The notes below the pieces were generated by a model that was not told the origin of the DNA, did no database searches, and was given only the letters and a program-made list of their open reading frames with translations. 64,000 nt of DNA from Desulfobacterales bacterium (GTDB lineage: Bacteria; Desulfobacterota; Desulfobacteria; Desulfobacterales; JAHEIW01), in the NCBI GenBank assembly GCA_020353355.1, contig CP070694.1, positions 2,447,026 to 2,511,025 on the forward strand, given 5' to 3'. The translations under genes and the position numbers were made by a program. Numbering within the stretch: position 1 is the first letter of the stretch; each line of letters opens with the position of its first letter. This document shows, in pieces, positions 61,364 through 64,000 of the stretch.

Positions 61364-62470
61364 ATGTCGATACTATTTGAATCCGGCAAAATCAACGGGA
61401 TGAAATTATCGAACCGATTCGTCCGATCCGCCACCTGGGAAGGGATGGCAGCCGATGACGGTGGATGCACCCCCAAACTGATTGATTTGATGGCCAATTT
61501 AGCCAAAGGCGGCGTGGGATTGATTATCAGCGGTCATGCTTATGTTCAGAAGGAGGGACAGGCGGCACCAGGGCAGCTGGGTATTTATAAAGACGAACTC
61601 ATCTCTGGTTTTCAAAACATGACAGATGCCGTTCATGCAAACGGCGGTAAAATTGTGATGCAGCTTAGCCATGGAGGATTTTTTGCCTCATCCAAACTAA
61701 CCGGACAAACCCCCAAGGCACCTTCGATTGTGGAAGGCGTGGTCAAATCACCTCGAAAAGAGATGACCGCAGACGATATCCAGCAGGTTGTCATAGCCTT
61801 CGCCGAAGGAGCTACAAGAGCCAAAAAAGCCGGCTTTGATGGCGTTCAAATCCATTCGGCCCACGGATACCTTCTCAGTCAATTTCTCTCACCGGCTTTC
61901 AATCAGCGTACCGATGAGTATGGTGGTGACATCCAAAATCGAAACAGAATTCATATCGCCGTGCTTCGGGGTATCCGGCAAGCGTTGGGGGATGATGTTC
62001 CCGTCTTGATAAAAATGAATTGTCAGGATTTCATTGACAACGGCTTGAGCATCCAGGATTCGCTTCAGGCAGCCAAAATGCTGGCCGCTGAGGGGATCGA
62101 TGCCATTGAATTGAGTGGCGGTATCCTGATCAGCAAAAAATTGAGTCCCAGTCGATTAGGGATAAAATCTGAAGAGCAAGAAGCGTATTTTCAAGAAGAT
62201 GCCAAGGTATTTAAATCCCAGCTCGACGTTCCGCTAATTTTAGTGGGCGGCAATCGGTCATTTCAGGTCGCCGAACGCCTGGTGCAAGAGGGTGTCGCCG
62301 ACTATATTTCCATGAGCCGCCCGTTTATCCGGCAGCCGGATTTGATCAAGCGCTGGAAATCCGGTGATCTGAGTAAAGCCGCATGTGTATCCGATAACAT
62401 GTGTTTCGAGCCGGGGATGAAAGGCGATGGGATTTATTGCGTAACTGCGGAAAGACAAAGAAACAGATAG
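61364..62470 (+). CDS. Old-Yellow-Enzyme family NADH:flavin oxidoreductase
   Basis: AAAGGAGG RBS. HSAHGYLLSQFLSP active-site signature. 368 aa, TIM-barrel only (no C-terminal Fe-S/FAD extension). Confidence 0.9.
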   Translation: MSILFESGKINGMKLSNRFVRSATWEGMAADDGGCTPKLIDLMANLAKGGVGLIISGHAYVQKEGQAAPGQLGIYKDELISGFQNMTDAVHANGGKIVMQLSHGGFFASSKLTGQTPKAPSIVEGVVKSPRKEMTADDIQQVVIAFAEGATRAKKAGFDGVQIHSAHGYLLSQFLSPAFNQRTDEYGGDIQNRNRIHIAVLRGIRQALGDDVPVLIKMNCQDFIDNGLSIQDSLQAAKMLAAEGIDAIELSGGILISKKLSPSRLGIKSEEQEAYFQEDAKVFKSQLDVPLILVGGNRSFQVAERLVQEGVADYISMSRPFIRQPDLIKRWKSGDLSKAACVSDNMCFEPGMKGDGIYCVTAERQRNR

Positions 62471-62555
62471 TTATTTGTTATTCGTTATTGGTTAATTGCA
62501 ATTAAAATGATGGTCTCCACTTTTTCTAATAACTATTAACTGATAACTAATGACC
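62469..62555. repeat. Heptad-periodic inverted-repeat element (NGTTATT x4 / AATAACT-type x4) filling a convergent spacer
   Basis: Left arm: agttatt/tgttatt/cgttatt/ggttaat (62469-62496). Right arm: aataact/attaact/gataact/aatgacc (62528-62555). The arms are complementary at 20/28 positions. Spacer is 31 nt. Confidence 0.8.
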
Positions 62556-62556
62556 A

Positions 62557-63381
62557 TCATATGTAGGTGATCCGTGGTGGATACCGCAACGGCATACGTC
62601 GATAGTTCAGCTGGGGATGGCCGATCATCATGGCTCCGAAAGCCCGATGATTTTTAGGAAGGTTTAAGGCTTTGAACAGGGGAGCATAGTGATTGACGGC
62701 AGTATAAAAATACCCGCCCCAGCAAGCCCCTAATCCAAGGATCGGGGCAAATAATTGAAGATAGCTTAAGGCCAACGCGCAGTCCTCAGAAGCAAAATTA
62801 TAGGCTTTTTCCGCATGGGCCACGATAACATGCGGGGCACCCCTGCAGATCCGCTCTTTGCCGCCATCCCAATCAGATACGACACGAGAAAATCCTTGGG
62901 TTTCAGCAATCTCAGGTTGTTTTTTAATAACCGAATGCATCCAATCGATAACCATGCCTGCCAGCCGCTTTACTTTGATTGGATCTTCCACCACGGTCCA
63001 GTGCCAGGGCTGGTTGTTTTTCGCCGATGGTGCATAGCATGCGATCTCCAGAAGCCTTGTCAAAATATCGCGGTCAACCGGTTTATCCTGAAAATTTCGA
63101 ATCGATCGGCGTGAGCGTAAAAACTGCTCCGCTTGATCCGGGTTTATCGCAAGCTCACTTAAGATGGACGGGCACTCTTCAGAGCTAAGCCACGTGAGAC
63201 TAAACGCGCCGGTTGGGCATACCGAGACACAATGGCCGCAAGCCAGGCAATGCTCCTCAAAATCCTCAGTCGGAACTGGAACCCCCGCCGGTGATTTCAT
63301 TTGAATAATGTGAGCTGGGCATGCCATGGCACAGATGCCGTCGTTTTTGCACTTTTCGACATCTACTGAGAAAGGAGCCAC
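62557..63381 (-). CDS. nitroreductase-family flavoprotein with N-terminal 2x[4Fe-4S] ferredoxin domain
   Basis: CKNDGICAMACP and CLACGHCVSVCP motifs, followed by a nitroreductase fold (RRSIRNF..., PSAKNNQPW). Confidence 0.85.
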   Translation of the reverse strand: MAPFSVDVEKCKNDGICAMACPAHIIQMKSPAGVPVPTEDFEEHCLACGHCVSVCPTGAFSLTWLSSEECPSILSELAINPDQAEQFLRSRRSIRNFQDKPVDRDILTRLLEIACYAPSAKNNQPWHWTVVEDPIKVKRLAGMVIDWMHSVIKKQPEIAETQGFSRVVSDWDGGKERICRGAPHVIVAHAEKAYNFASEDCALALSYLQLFAPILGLGACWGGYFYTAVNHYAPLFKALNLPKNHRAFGAMMIGHPQLNYRRMPLRYPPRITYI

Positions 63382-63418
63382 AATTACCTCCTCAGAAAGC
63401 TATTTCGGGCCAATCCTC

Positions 63419-63434
63419 AAACCGATATCGGTTT
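63419..63434. promoter_or_regulatory. perfect 16-bp palindrome, candidate operator in a divergent promoter region
   Basis: AAACCGATATCGGTTT, 3 nt upstream of a TTGACA (63438-63443). Lies between the nitroreductase start (63381) and the URO-D-like start (63506). Confidence 0.45.
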
Positions 63435-63505
63435 AAATTGACACCTGCATGAATTTATCCTACTGTTTCATTTAATTAAAGATCATTCAATCTTTTTTGT
63501 ATAAA

Positions 63506-64000
63506 ATGCTATTTTCAAAAACCACCAATGAAATGTCCAGCCGTGAGCGGTTTCACGAAACCATGGCCTATGGCACCCTTGACCGCACGCCATATTTCGA
63601 GGAAGGCATCCGCAAAGAGGTCATCAAAGCATGGCGCAGACAAGGACTCCCAAGAAATGCGGATCTTTCCCGAATGTTTCCGTCCGATCTGCGGGAACGA
63701 ATGGAGGTGGATTTAAATCCACGCCCCAGTTTGAGGCGTTGGCCGACGACCATGGCTGATCTGGACACATTTCAAAAGCACTTGAATCCTTATGATAAAA
63801 AGCGTCTGCCTAAAAAATGGTCCAAACGGGTGAGTGCCTGGAGTTCGCGCGACCATGTGCTGATGCTTTATGTTCACCGGGGGTTTTTTCAAACCATGGG
63901 TGTTCGGGACTGGCGTCGTTTCAAAGAGGTCATCTATTTGCTGATAGATCATCCGGATCTCGTTCGCAGAATGATGACCATCCAGGGAGAATTTTCAGCA
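63506..64000 (+). CDS. uroporphyrinogen-decarboxylase (URO-D)-like family protein, N-terminal part (runs off the right edge)
   Basis: Not in the ORF track (open at the edge). Frame from ATG 63506 (or 63533): MLFSKTTNEMSSRERFHETMAYGTLDRTPYFEEGIRKEVIKAWRRQGLP... stays open for 165 codons to the window end. The SRER...DR.P N-terminus is typical of URO-D/MtaA-like proteins. The track ORF 63528-63716 is in a different frame. Confidence 0.5.
   Translation, partial: MLFSKTTNEMSSRERFHETMAYGTLDRTPYFEEGIRKEVIKAWRRQGLPRNADLSRMFPSDLRERMEVDLNPRPSLRRWPTTMADLDTFQKHLNPYDKKRLPKKWSKRVSAWSSRDHVLMLYVHRGFFQTMGVRDWRRFKEVIYLLIDHPDLVRRMMTIQGEFSA

Noticed and set aside
1-64000. Whole window as a mobile, defence or prophage island
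   Set aside because: No integrase, transposase, tRNA attachment site, toxin-antitoxin, restriction-modification, Cas or phage structural genes were recognised. The gene content is core metabolism and envelope functions.

Overview
Dense, mostly housekeeping chromosomal segment with about 50 protein genes on both strands. I recognised no rRNA, tRNA, CRISPR array, transposase, integrase or phage gene, so this is not a classical mobile or defence island. The gene content suggests an anaerobic Desulfobacterota-type (delta-proteobacterial sulfate-reducer or syntroph) genome; this is inference only. That content includes glutaconyl-CoA decarboxylase alpha, 2-oxoacid:ferredoxin oxidoreductase, an AmmeMemoRadiSam-type radical SAM enzyme, a B12-radical SAM enzyme, tandem MoeA genes, a cytoplasmic Mo/W-pterin enzyme and a sigma-54 promoter.

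Gene order, left to right:
- amrS-like radical SAM, methyltransferase, DEAD-box helicase
- two moeA genes, dnaJ, queD, pyrE
- envelope/division block: tolC-ftsE-ftsX-envC-ctpA-yibQ
- hybrid histidine kinase, Mo/W-pterin oxidoreductase, FHA protein, PgpH
- korA and korB-gamma, squalene-synthase-like gene, biotin carrier and gcdA
- M23 peptidase, HD-GYP protein, MFS transporter
- B12-rSAM plus TLC-like transporter
- two beta-lactamase-fold genes plus a large exported PEP-synthase/rifampin-phosphotransferase-like protein
- ModF-like ATPase, BKACE enzyme, NapH-like polyferredoxin, giant MscK-type channel
- GPAT-like acyltransferase, M48/TPR protease with a coupled lipoprotein
- sigma-54-driven small Trp-rich lipoprotein
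- TatT-type (TPAT) TRAP transporter followed by acyl-CoA ligase, OYE flavoenzyme, ferredoxin-nitroreductase and a URO-D-like gene

Most unusual points:
1. A recurring class of intergenic elements made of two inverted arms. Each arm is 3-7 tandem 7- or 8-nt units. The unit sequence is different at every locus, but the architecture is shared.
2. An exported, domain-permuted swivel-His/ATP-grasp phosphotransferase that is translationally coupled to a beta-lactamase-fold hydrolase.
3. A self-contained sigma-54 module (dyad, -24/-12 promoter, long leader, 68-aa Trp-rich lipoprotein, terminator).
4. A TPAT TRAP transporter physically linked to CoA-activation and reductase genes.

All coordinates of small motifs were hand-counted. 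No database search or folding calculation was possible.
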